64,000 nucleotides of DNA from Pseudomonadota bacterium (GTDB lineage: Bacteria > Myxococcota > JACRCW01 > JAFGSX01), in assembly GCA_043821645.1 (NCBI GenBank), contig JBDRCO010000134.1, positions 32,001 through 96,000 of the forward strand, written 5' to 3'. The notes below the pieces were generated by a model that was not told the origin of the DNA, made no database searches, and saw nothing but the letters and a program-made list of their open reading frames with translations. This document shows, in pieces, positions 49,654 to 58,418 of this stretch (position 1 is the first letter of the stretch; each line of letters starts with the position of its first letter). The translations under genes and the position numbers were made by a program.

Positions 49654-51380
49654 CTAAAAGCGCACACAGCCTTCCATGGTCGCGCTCGCGCTGGCCCCGT
49701 AGCCCAGGTCGCCCTTGCCACTGAGTGCGCCCTTGACCATGTCGACCACGTCCATGCCGGCCTGGTAGGCGTCCATGGGCGAGTCGGTCTCGAACTCGCC
49801 ACCTTCCCAGCGCCCGGTGTTGGGGTTGTAGCGGTTCTCGATGTCGTAGCCGATGCCACCAGGAACATCGATGCCGCCCGACGAGCTGATGCCCGTGCAG
49901 CGCGACACGCGGAACTCGCCGTCGACCCCGTAACCCATGATCTCCAGGCCGCCCTCGGCCTTGACCGAGAAGTCGTTGCTCTCGCGGATGTCGCCAAAGG
50001 GGTCGAAGTCGAACCCATTGCCAACCCCCACACCCAGCTCGGCGCAGGCGGACAGGCCGTCCTCGTCCACGCATAGCTCGCCACCGCCGCCGACCACGGC
50101 AAAGAAGCTCCCGCCGACGCAGAACAAGCCCGTGGGGTCGGCGTGGCCCACGGGGTCGCTGCCTGCGTAGGCGTAGAGGTGGTACTGGCCGCCGTTGAAC
50201 AACTTGAGATCGGTGGAGGTGAAGCGGCCGGCCTCGGGGTCGTAGTCGCGCAGGCCCAGGCGCGTGAGGCCGGTCAGCGTGTCCTCGAGGCCGCCGCCGA
50301 AGCCCAGCACCACGTCCAGGGCCGGAGCGCTGTCCGCGAGCAGGCGGCCAAAGCTGTCGCGGTCCACGCGCTTGACGAGCGCGCCGCTTGCGTCGAACAC
50401 CGCGCGCACCGTGCCGACCTGGTCCGTGGCCAGGTAGTAGCGGGTGGCGCCGCGATCCATGGCCAGGGCAGCGCTCATGTCATCGTAGGTGTAGATCTGC
50501 AGGGTGTCGTCGGCCAGGCGCACGGCCAGCGGTCGCCACCAGGCGCCCGGCGTACCGTACAGCACCTGGACATCACCCGCAGCGTCGTGCCGGGAGACCC
50601 GGCGGCCCGCGCCGTCGTAACCGTAGTCCACGCTGTCGCTGCCCACCGTGGCCTCGAGCAGCTCACCGCGCACCCCGTACACGAAGCTGTCGCTGCCGCG
50701 CAGGGCCAGCTGCCCGTCGTCGTCGAGGGTGTAGTCCGCGCCTCCGACCATGGCGATGCGATCGCGCAGGTCATAGCTGCTGGTCTCGGCGCTGGCGCCG
50801 TCGTAGGCGCGCGAGGTGCGATTGCCGCGCGCGTCGTAGGTGTAGGTCTCGACCACGACGCTGTCGCGCGTCACCTGGACCAGGTGATCGAACTCGTCGT
50901 AGGCGTAGCTCCAGGTTGTGGTCACGCCGTCGAGCAGCTCGATCCGCTCGACCACGCGGTCCAGCAGGTCCAGCGTCAGGTCCAGCTGGTAGCGCACCAC
51001 GCTGCCCACGCTCAGGCTCTTGTGCACCAGCCGGCCGTACTCGTCGCGCCCCAGCACCAGCTCGGCCGCGGCGTCGTGCATGGCCGAGGCTGAACCCAGG
51101 GGCCCATCCCGCGCGATGGTCCAGTCGCCGTAACCGACGACGTGCAGCGCCGCATCGTAGGCCAGGCCCCAGTGCGCGCTGTCGCTGCCGCTGGTCAGAT
51201 CCATGGCGCTGGGAAGCATGAGCGTGTCGTAGCTCAGGTCGAGGCGACCCTGGGCGGCGCCGCGGCTCTCGATGGCCGTTGGCAGCCCGCCATCGCTGAA
51301 GTGCACCAGCGTGTGCGAGACGTCGCTGACCAGCGAGCGGAAGCTGATGGAGGAGGTCCCTCCGCAGCACGCTGCATCAC
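49654..51380 (-). CDS. C-terminal part of the teneurin-like YD/RHS protein: YD repeats, RHS core and 156-aa tip
   Basis: YD repeats (YAYDEFDHL, YTYDARGNR, YGYDGAGRR) and core RDYDPEAGRF...YAYAGSDPVGHADPTG. No good independent start; the frame is open up to the upstream gene end. Confidence 0.8.
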
Positions 51381-54300
51381 CCCTCGAGGCGCTGCTCGGT
51401 TTCGGGGCTGTCCAGGCCCGTCAGGTTGCCGCTGGCATCGCGCAGATACGAGATCACCCGGCCCGAGGGCAGGGTAACCGTGTGCAGCCGACCGCTCTGG
51501 TACTGCCGCGTCTCGCTGGCCCCCAGCGGCGCGTCGAAGCTGGCACGGCGACCCATGGGGGTGACGCCGAACTGGTAGCTCGCAGCACCGGGCAGGGTGA
51601 CGCCGGTGCGGCGGCCCAGGCCGTCGTGGGCAAAGCCAACGCTGTATCCCGACGGGCTGTCGGTGATCTGGTCGACCTGGCCAGCCTCATTGCGGCCGAG
51701 GCTGCGCGTGCGCCCTCCCGGCCCGGAGATGCTGCTGAGCTGCCCGCCAAGGTCGTAGCTGCGCGCGTGGACCTTGTCGCCCCAGGTGCTGCTCTGGCGC
51801 TGGCCGCTCTGCTCGCGCGCGAACAGCAGGGTCGCCAGGCCGTCGATGTCCACGCTCTCGGGCCGGCTGTCCAGGCCTCGCACGATCTGCGTCGCCCGGC
51901 CGTCGGCCGCGGTGAAGGTCAGGGTGCGCGTGGCCGCGACATACTCCGACGTCGAGGTCGAGGTCCCGCTCTGATAGGTCTCGCTGCGGCTGAGCAGCGC
52001 GCCGGTGCCGGGATCCACGACCGCCGTGCGCTGGGTGGTCAGGGTCATGCTGCGGCCGCCCGGCGTGGTCACGGTGAGCTGGCGCGGGAACAGCGCGTGC
52101 GCGCCGAGCAGGGGATCCGCGTCCAGCAGCAGGTCCACGCGGCTGCCGTCGGCCTCGCTGCGCTGCTCTTCGAGGCCCTGGGTCAGCACACTCAGCACGA
52201 GCTGCCCGTCGTCCAGGCGGGTGTAGCGTCGGCCCTCGTCGGCCAGGAACTCGATGCGGTGCTCGGTCTGACGCGGGCCCGGGCCGCTGATTGTCAGCAG
52301 TTTTTCGGCGGCGTCCTCGACCAGCGTGTAGCTGACGGAGCTGCCATCGGGCAGGGTCTGCGCGATGAGTGCGCCCCTGCCGTCGTAGGCGTAGCCGTGC
52401 ACACTGCCGTCGGGGTAGATGGCCTGCTGCACCAGCCCGCCGTCGTCATAGCTGAACGCATAGCTGCGACTTCCGGGCAGTGTGATCTGCGACAGGTAGC
52501 CGTTGGGGTCGAGCGCCAGCTCGGTGCGCTGGCCGCCTGGTGCAACAAAAGCCGTGGCGTTGCCTGCGCCGTCGCGCTCGATGTCAGTCCTCCCGCCGTC
52601 CATGTCGTCGATGTGGACCAGCCGTCCCTCGCTGTCGTAACTGAAACTGAGCAGGGTCTGACCACTGATCGCGTCGACGGTGCGCAGGTGGCGACCGCGG
52701 GCCTCGTCGAACACGTGATAGCGCGAACCGTCCGCGGATGGAGCGAGTGCCTCGTTGCTGCCAATCGCTGGCCCGCCGGGAACAGACTTCATGGCCGAGG
52801 GATCAGCCTGCAAACGGCGCACGACGCCGAAACCGATGTTGTACACGGCGCCGTCGGGCCCGGTGGTCACGTTGTCGGGGCTTTGGAAGGTGACGAAGCG
52901 GGCCAGGGTGCCCTCGCTCGATGTCCCCGTGCCGTTGTTTCCCGAGAATACCGAGACCACTCCGCCCTTGAGCCTGCTGATGGCGTGGCCGGTGCCGTTG
53001 CCACCGTTGCCCTGGGTGAAGTAGATGGTCCCGTCGGGAGCGCAGGCGATAGCTTGGCTCAGCAGCAGTTGCGCCGAGAGCGCCGGAGTGGGGGTGGCCG
53101 TGAAACCGCTGCCCTGTCCGCCCGCGATGGTGTCGATGCTCCCGTCGGGCCTCAGACGCAGCATCCGGTAACCGGTGTCGTGGCCAGTGATGATGCTACC
53201 GTCCGGGCATACCGCCATTCCCCAGGCTCCGGTCGTGAGCCCGGTGCCCTTTGACCGAGTCGCTGCGGCGACGAAGGTCGAGGTGCCGTTTCCGGCGAAG
53301 TGGTGCAGGATGCCGTCTTTGTCGATCGAGAACATCTTGCGGTTCCCACCATCTTTGTAGATCAGCGTGCCTCCCGGGGTGATGGCCCACTTCGCCACGT
53401 TGATGTTCGCGCCATCCGCGACCGCGCCGTCGGCGACCGCATGGCCGCCAAACATGTTCTGCTTGAACACCCGCCAGACCTTGCCCTGCGGGTCGAGCCG
53501 GTAGGCGTCGGATAGAATGCGGTAGAAGACGCTGCCGTCCGGGGCAGCCAGCAGGTGCGCTCCCTGGGTACCCCCATTCAGCGTGTGCGCGTCCATTCCT
53601 TGCACGAAATTGGCGTACGAGATGTCTCCCTCGCCGCCGAGGATTTGCATCTCACCGTTGGCATCGATCTCGACGAACACGTACCGGGTCCCTCGGATGC
53701 CGAAGCTCTTGGAGACCATGGCAACGACCTTGCCATCCGGCCTCACCACGACGTTGGCCGACTTGAAGCCGCCGCAATACTCGTTGGGCCATTCACCGCA
53801 GGTGAAGTGGCGGACCCGCTGCTTGCCACCGGGCACCACGGGACGGGTCGTACCATGGCCCTCGTACAGGATGCCGCCCTCGGGCGCGAAGTGGTGCTGA
53901 ACGTCCAGGTTCCACCCCCCCAGCCCCAGCGGTCGCTCGTCGGAGATGCCGTCGATGGCGACAGGAAAGGACGTGCGCAGGCCGGGCTGCTTCCACTTCG
54001 CGACCATTCCCTGACCTACGGGTGTGACCACCTCCCGGATCACGACGGAGTTGGCACTGAAGCTGTACTCCGTGTCCGTGGCGGGTTCCGCGAAGCTGGG
54101 GCTGTACCAGAAGGTCTTTGTCACGACAGCCGTCACCTGCCCGCTGACTGCGCGACCGTAAGCGTCATGCCCGTCCCAGGGCACCTCCACGACCAGCCCT
54201 GGCTGAGGTGCGTACAGGCCGTGCCATGTCCAGCCCAGGATATCGACGTCGATCTCGGCCTCGATGAGGTCCGGGTGCAGGTCGGCAGGGAAGACAGGGA

Positions 54301-56101
54301 CGACCAGCGGGGTCCTGCGACCTGGCACACGGTCGGTGACGTAGCTCAGCGCGAACGGCGTGCCGGCGATCGGGACCCGATCCTGCACCTTCTGCTCCAG
54401 CACATGCACGATGCAGCCGCCGCCCTTGCAGACATTCCCCGGATGACGACGCAGGTTGTAGGGGTCGTCGTGCAGATCATTCGGGTCGTCTGCGGGGTTC
54501 ATGTCTCTGGCCGGTTGCCAGTTGCAGTCAATGGGCGAGAAGTGCGTGACCGAGAAGCGCCACAGGCTCTGCCCGGGCTCGAACTGTTCGGCGATGCGGG
54601 CGCGCTCGGCGTCGGTGATGCCCAGGCCGCTGAGCTCGCCGGCCGTGGCCGGGCTGCCGCTGCCCGTGACGTCGAGCACGGCCAGGCCACTGGCCTCGGA
54701 CAGGACGCCGATCACGCGGCCATTGCGCTCCGGCACCCACATCGCGCGTGCTCGATCGTAGCTGCCCACCGGCACGCTGCCACCCACCGGGAAACCGAGG
54801 AAGTTGTCGACGTAGGCGATCACGGGCCTGTCGAACTCGACGCGCTGGGCGCCGGCTGCCATGGCTTCGTCCAGGCTCAGCTCGACGCAGTAGGTATAGG
54901 CGACGCCCGCGGGCAGATCGGCCGGCATGGCCTGCTGGCCGCCCAGGCCCACCGTGTACTCGGTGGCGCGCACTGAGATCGTCGACGGCAACGCCACGTG
55001 CGAGCCGTCAGGCATGATCATGTGGCCGCTGGTGCCGGACGCGAACAGCAGGCGCGCGCTGCGTGTCGCCGTGTCATCGGTCTGCACGCTGCTGGTCGCG
55101 ACCTGAAAGGCCTGGCTCGAGGTCAGATCCACTGTCGTGACCACCGGATCGGACTCGATCAGGCGCACGTCGTCGACGCCCAGCTCGCCGTGCCAGGGCA
55201 CGTCGATGGCTCGCTGCACCTCGAGCAGCCCGGCACCCTCGAACACGAGCGTGACCCGACCACCGCCGTTGACCACCAGGTCGTAACGGCCGTCGCTGCG
55301 GCTCAGGGTGAAGCCCAGCTGGTCGCTCTGGTGCGCGCTGACACGCACGCCGTGCCGGGGTGTGCCCGAGAGGTCGAGCACGCGGCCGCGCAGGATGGCC
55401 ATGCGCTGCTCCTCGATGGCGCCGTCGGCCACGCCGAACTGCACCGGGTCGGCTCCCAGCCACAAGAAGCTGTTGTCACGGAAGATGCTGTAGGGCTGCA
55501 GCGGCGGCCGCGGCGGTGCGATCAGGGCCGGGTCCGGTGGCTCGGGTGTGGCCGTGCAGGCGCCGGCCGAGCACCAGCTGTCCAGGGGGCAGGCCACCGC
55601 GTCGCCCCAGCGCAGCGCGCCCTGCACCCAGCCGCACACCTGCTCGGCGTTGCCCTGGCAGCGGGTCTGGCCATCGAAGTCGCAGGTCTCGGCGACGATC
55701 GCGTCCCCGCCCGCGGCGTCGGGAACCAAGGCATCTGCCTGCGCGCCATCGGCAGCCGCGGCATCGGCCTGTGCCGCATCGGCGGGCGGTGACGCATCGT
55801 CGAAGGCGGCATCGGGTGTCAGCGCGGCATCCGCGGTCGCGTGATCCGGGTTGACGACGTCCGTCATGCTGCCATCGCTCGCGCTATCCGGGGCGGAGGC
55901 ATCCGTACTGGAGCCATCCGGGCGGGCCGTGTCCGGGCTCGCCGTATCCGGAGTGGTGCTGTCCACCTGGGCGGCATCGGCACGCGCGGCATCGGCGGTG
56001 GGATGCCCCGCGTCGTCCGAGGGGGAGGGGCCGCCGCACTCGCAATGGGTGAGCAGGAACGCCAGGCATAGAGGAGCAAGAGCTCGATGCGTACACAGCA
56101 T
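51377..56101 (-). CDS. N-terminal part of a bacterial teneurin-like protein (lipoprotein signal, DA-rich linker, FN-plug, NHL propeller, YD shell); frameshifted from its C-terminus
   Basis: SRSDGRYDLVVNGGG, QDRVPIAGTPFALSY, WDGHDAYGR, LGGWNLDVQHH, NHL repeats (PDGS.., AGNG) and YD repeats. Stops abruptly inside the YD shell. Confidence 0.85.
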   Translation of the reverse strand: MLCTHRALAPLCLAFLLTHCECGGPSPSDDAGHPTADAARADAAQVDSTTPDTASPDTARPDGSSTDASAPDSASDGSMTDVVNPDHATADAALTPDAAFDDASPPADAAQADAAAADGAQADALVPDAAGGDAIVAETCDFDGQTRCQGNAEQVCGWVQGALRWGDAVACPLDSWCSAGACTATPEPPDPALIAPPRPPLQPYSIFRDNSFLWLGADPVQFGVADGAIEEQRMAILRGRVLDLSGTPRHGVRVSAHQSDQLGFTLSRSDGRYDLVVNGGGRVTLVFEGAGLLEVQRAIDVPWHGELGVDDVRLIESDPVVTTVDLTSSQAFQVATSSVQTDDTATRSARLLFASGTSGHMIMPDGSHVALPSTISVRATEYTVGLGGQQAMPADLPAGVAYTYCVELSLDEAMAAGAQRVEFDRPVIAYVDNFLGFPVGGSVPVGSYDRARAMWVPERNGRVIGVLSEASGLAVLDVTGSGSPATAGELSGLGITDAERARIAEQFEPGQSLWRFSVTHFSPIDCNWQPARDMNPADDPNDLHDDPYNLRRHPGNVCKGGGCIVHVLEQKVQDRVPIAGTPFALSYVTDRVPGRRTPLVVPVFPADLHPDLIEAEIDVDILGWTWHGLYAPQPGLVVEVPWDGHDAYGRAVSGQVTAVVTKTFWYSPSFAEPATDTEYSFSANSVVIREVVTPVGQGMVAKWKQPGLRTSFPVAIDGISDERPLGLGGWNLDVQHHFAPEGGILYEGHGTTRPVVPGGKQRVRHFTCGEWPNEYCGGFKSANVVVRPDGKVVAMVSKSFGIRGTRYVFVEIDANGEMQILGGEGDISYANFVQGMDAHTLNGGTQGAHLLAAPDGSVFYRILSDAYRLDPQGKVWRVFKQNMFGGHAVADGAVADGANINVAKWAITPGGTLIYKDGGNRKMFSIDKDGILHHFAGNGTSTFVAAATRSKGTGLTTGAWGMAVCPDGSIITGHDTGYRMLRLRPDGSIDTIAGGQGSGFTATPTPALSAQLLLSQAIACAPDGTIYFTQGNGGNGTGHAISRLKGGVVSVFSGNNGTGTSSEGTLARFVTFQSPDNVTTGPDGAVYNIGFGVVRRLQADPSAMKSVPGGPAIGSNEALAPSADGSRYHVFDEARGRHLRTVDAISGQTLLSFSYDSEGRLVHIDDMDGGRTDIERDGAGNATAFVAPGGQRTELALDPNGYLSQITLPGSRSYAFSYDDGGLVQQAIYPDGSVHGYAYDGRGALIAQTLPDGSSVSYTLVEDAAEKLLTISGPGPRQTEHRIEFLADEGRRYTRLDDGQLVLSVLTQGLEEQRSEADGSRVDLLLDADPLLGAHALFPRQLTVTTPGGRSMTLTTQRTAVVDPGTGALLSRSETYQSGTSTSTSEYVAATRTLTFTAADGRATQIVRGLDSRPESVDIDGLATLLFAREQSGQRQSSTWGDKVHARSYDLGGQLSSISGPGGRTRSLGRNEAGQVDQITDSPSGYSVGFAHDGLGRRTGVTLPGAASYQFGVTPMGRRASFDAPLGASETRQYQSGRLHTVTLPSGRVISYLRDASGNLTGLDSPETEQRLEG

Positions 56102-56392
56102 GCGGGACCTCTCTCGTTCTGGAATGGCACCGTGCGACGGGGACGGCCGAGCCAGACCGCGCGCCGTTTCATGAATCCTGGTCCATCTCCTTTGTCAGAG
56201 CCCGTGAAGCTCGCCAAGGACAAACACGCGGGTGCGTTGCAGGGTCCGCGAAGCGGCCTCCCTGGTACTCCAATCGCACAGCTCTAGGCTCGGCGATTTG
56301 CGCGCTTGACGACGAGGATGCGTTGACAAACCAGGTGCGGCTTGCCGTCATGCACGCACTGCTTTTTTCGCCAGGCGACACAGGAGCCGTGA

Positions 56393-57028
56393 ATGCCACG
56401 GATCTCGAAGGGCGGGTTCTCGTCGAGGGTGCTGGTGGCACTGGCCCTGTGTGCTGGGTGCGAGCCAGCAACGGTGGGTCAGGACGCCGCGAGCACCGAT
56501 CGCGCGTCGGCGCTCGATGCCGGACTTGCAGATGCGCTGACGGTCGACGGCCAGGGCATGGATGCCAACGCGAGCGATCACCTCAGCATCCAGGACAGCG
56601 CAAGAATCGATGGAGCCTCAAGCCAGGACGCCGTAGCTGGCGACACGGCGATGGCTGGCGATGGCAGTGCGCTGGATGCCGGGCATCCCGACGCCACCGC
56701 GGCCACGGATGCGTCGCTGGGCGTGGACCTGGGGCCCGCGAGCGATGCTGCGAGCGTCGACACGGCGCTCGAGCCCGACGCTGCGACAGCACTGGATGCC
56801 GCCACAACCATCGACGCCGCCACGGCGCAGGACGCAGGTCTTGCCGACACTGGTGGCGATGCCGGCAGCGGGGTCCACCTGAGCGGCGTGGGACCGGCCG
56901 CGAGCCAGGGGCTGGCCAGCTCGACACACTACCGGTTGCGGCTGGTGGTGGGAGGAGTGGGCGCCGGACCTGCGATGGGAACCAACGTCAACGCGCGACT
57001 CAGCGTGGGCGTGCCTCTGGCGCGTTGA
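56393..57028 (+). CDS. Asp-Ala-rich lipoprotein with short C-terminal beta domain
   Basis: AGGAG RBS, lipobox CAGC, DA/DAG repeats, C-terminal SSTHYRLRLVVGG. Confidence 0.7.
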   Translation: MPRISKGGFSSRVLVALALCAGCEPATVGQDAASTDRASALDAGLADALTVDGQGMDANASDHLSIQDSARIDGASSQDAVAGDTAMAGDGSALDAGHPDATAATDASLGVDLGPASDAASVDTALEPDAATALDAATTIDAATAQDAGLADTGGDAGSGVHLSGVGPAASQGLASSTHYRLRLVVGGVGAGPAMGTNVNARLSVGVPLAR

Positions 57029-57068
57029 GCCGTCACCCTGCATTCGAACCGCGGACGAGGAAGCATCG

Positions 57069-58154
57069 ATGCGTACCCAGCAGCCAAGAAAACTCTTCCC
57101 GTGTGCGACGACCAACGGACTGGCACTGGCGATGGTCGCGCTGACCACGAGTCCTGCGGCGCTGGCGGCGGTGCCTGACCTGCTGCCGGTGCAGGGCGTG
57201 CTGTCCGACGACGCGGGCGTGCCGCTGGCCGGTCCGGTCGATCTGCTGTTTGCGATCTATGACTCGGAGAGCGGCAGCAGCGAGCTGTTCAGCGAGGCGC
57301 TGAGCCAGGTTCCGCTGGACGGCGGGGCCTTTGCGGTCTCGCTGGGCGCGACGCAGCCTCTGTACCTGGCGGCGCTGGCCGGCGCGGGCGAGCTGTGGCT
57401 CGAGGTGTCGGTGGGTGGCGAGGTGCTGTCGCGGGTGCAGCTGCAGAGCGTGCCCTACGCGGTGAGTTCCTACAGCTGCGAGTCGCTGGGCGGGCTGGGT
57501 GCGTCGGACCTGGCGCTGGCCAGCCACAGCCACGCCGAGTACTCGCTGACGACGCATCTGCACGACGCGCGGTACATCCGCGCGGGTCAGCGCGACAGCG
57601 TCGGCCTGGCCATGATGTACGACGGCTCCGTGGGCACGGACGAGCTGATCGATGAATCCGTGACCACCGCCAAGCTGGGACTGGGCGCTGTGACCTCGGC
57701 CACGCTAGGTCTGGGCGCGGTGACCTCCGCCAACATCGGGGTGGACGAGGTGCAGGGGGCCAACCTGGCCCCGCGCGCGGTGACCTCGGGCAAGATCGCT
57801 ACCGACGCGGTCACCCGCAACCACATCCCGGACCACGAGCTACCGGCCAGCAAGCTCGAGGGTGGCGTGTTCAACCTCAAGACGAGCGTGCAGACGTATT
57901 CCGGATCCGTGCAGGTCGCACCCGGTCAGGTTCGCGAGGCCAAAGCCTCCTGCGCCGACGCCAATGACCTGCCCCTGTTCGGAGAATGTGTCACTGGAAG
58001 TGCTGAAAAAGTCGACCTCGTGAAGTTCAACTTCCTGGATGTGTCCAACGAGACAGCTGCGGCCTCGTACAACTGCGCGTTCCGCAGCTACGACACGGTT
58101 GCCACCATCTCGGTCGCGGCTCGCATCTACTGCCTGCCCGTGGACGGGCCGTGA
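57069..58154 (+). CDS. Secreted fibre-like protein with AVTSAKI-type decapeptide repeats and a Cys-containing C-terminal head
   Basis: Signal peptide and N-domain QGVLSDDAGVP..GPV.LLFAIYD...SVPYA. Also HSH/HDARY motif, 10-aa repeats and C-terminal ASC...GEC...YNC...IYC. Confidence 0.7.
   Translation: MRTQQPRKLFPCATTNGLALAMVALTTSPAALAAVPDLLPVQGVLSDDAGVPLAGPVDLLFAIYDSESGSSELFSEALSQVPLDGGAFAVSLGATQPLYLAALAGAGELWLEVSVGGEVLSRVQLQSVPYAVSSYSCESLGGLGASDLALASHSHAEYSLTTHLHDARYIRAGQRDSVGLAMMYDGSVGTDELIDESVTTAKLGLGAVTSATLGLGAVTSANIGVDEVQGANLAPRAVTSGKIATDAVTRNHIPDHELPASKLEGGVFNLKTSVQTYSGSVQVAPGQVREAKASCADANDLPLFGECVTGSAEKVDLVKFNFLDVSNETAAASYNCAFRSYDTVATISVAARIYCLPVDGP
57655..57830 (+). repeat. Degenerate 30-nt tandem repeats encoding (A/S)VT(S/T)AxL units
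   Basis: gtgaccaccgcc, gtgacctcggcc, gtgacctccgcc and gtgacctcgggc recur at multiples of 30 nt. Confidence 0.7.
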
Positions 58155-58243
58155 GGCGGCTGCCGATGGCATTGCTCCAGGTTGGCCTCTGACGACCAGG
58201 CCCCCACCGGGCAGACATTCCCTTCGCAAGGTTGCTCCGAGCT

Positions 58244-58272
58244 AAAAAAAAGCCGGCCTCGAAAGACCGGCT
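58244..58272 (-). terminator. Rho-independent terminator of tRNA-Cys
   Basis: Minus strand AGCCGGTCT-TTCG-AGGCCGGCT followed by a T run. Confidence 0.88.
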
Positions 58273-58286
58273 ACAGGAATCTGACA

Positions 58287-58358
58287 AGGCGCCGACCGGA
58301 TTCGAACCGGTGCATAATGGTTTTGCAGACCACTCCCTTACCACTTGGGTACGGCGCC
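58287..58358 (-). tRNA. tRNA-Cys (anticodon GCA), CCA not encoded
   Basis: GGCGCCGTACCCAAGTGGTAAGGGAGTGGTCTGCAAAACCATTATGCACCGGTTCGAATCCGGTCGGCGCCT forms a cloverleaf with a U73 discriminator typical of tRNA-Cys. Confidence 0.96.
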
Positions 58359-58418
58359 AGAGCCTGCAACTTGTAGCGCACCTGCGGCAACACTGGCAAG
58401 AGCTTCAGCGAGGGCTTT

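Noticed and set aside
49566-50102. N-terminal extension of the IgGFc-binding ORF
   Set aside because: It overlaps the RHS tip in another frame. The RBS and lipoprotein signal point to a start at 49565.
15600-58358. Genomic island bounded by the two tRNAs
   Set aside because: No integrase or transposase, no duplicated tRNA 3' end noticed, and the interval contains housekeeping genes with similar composition.
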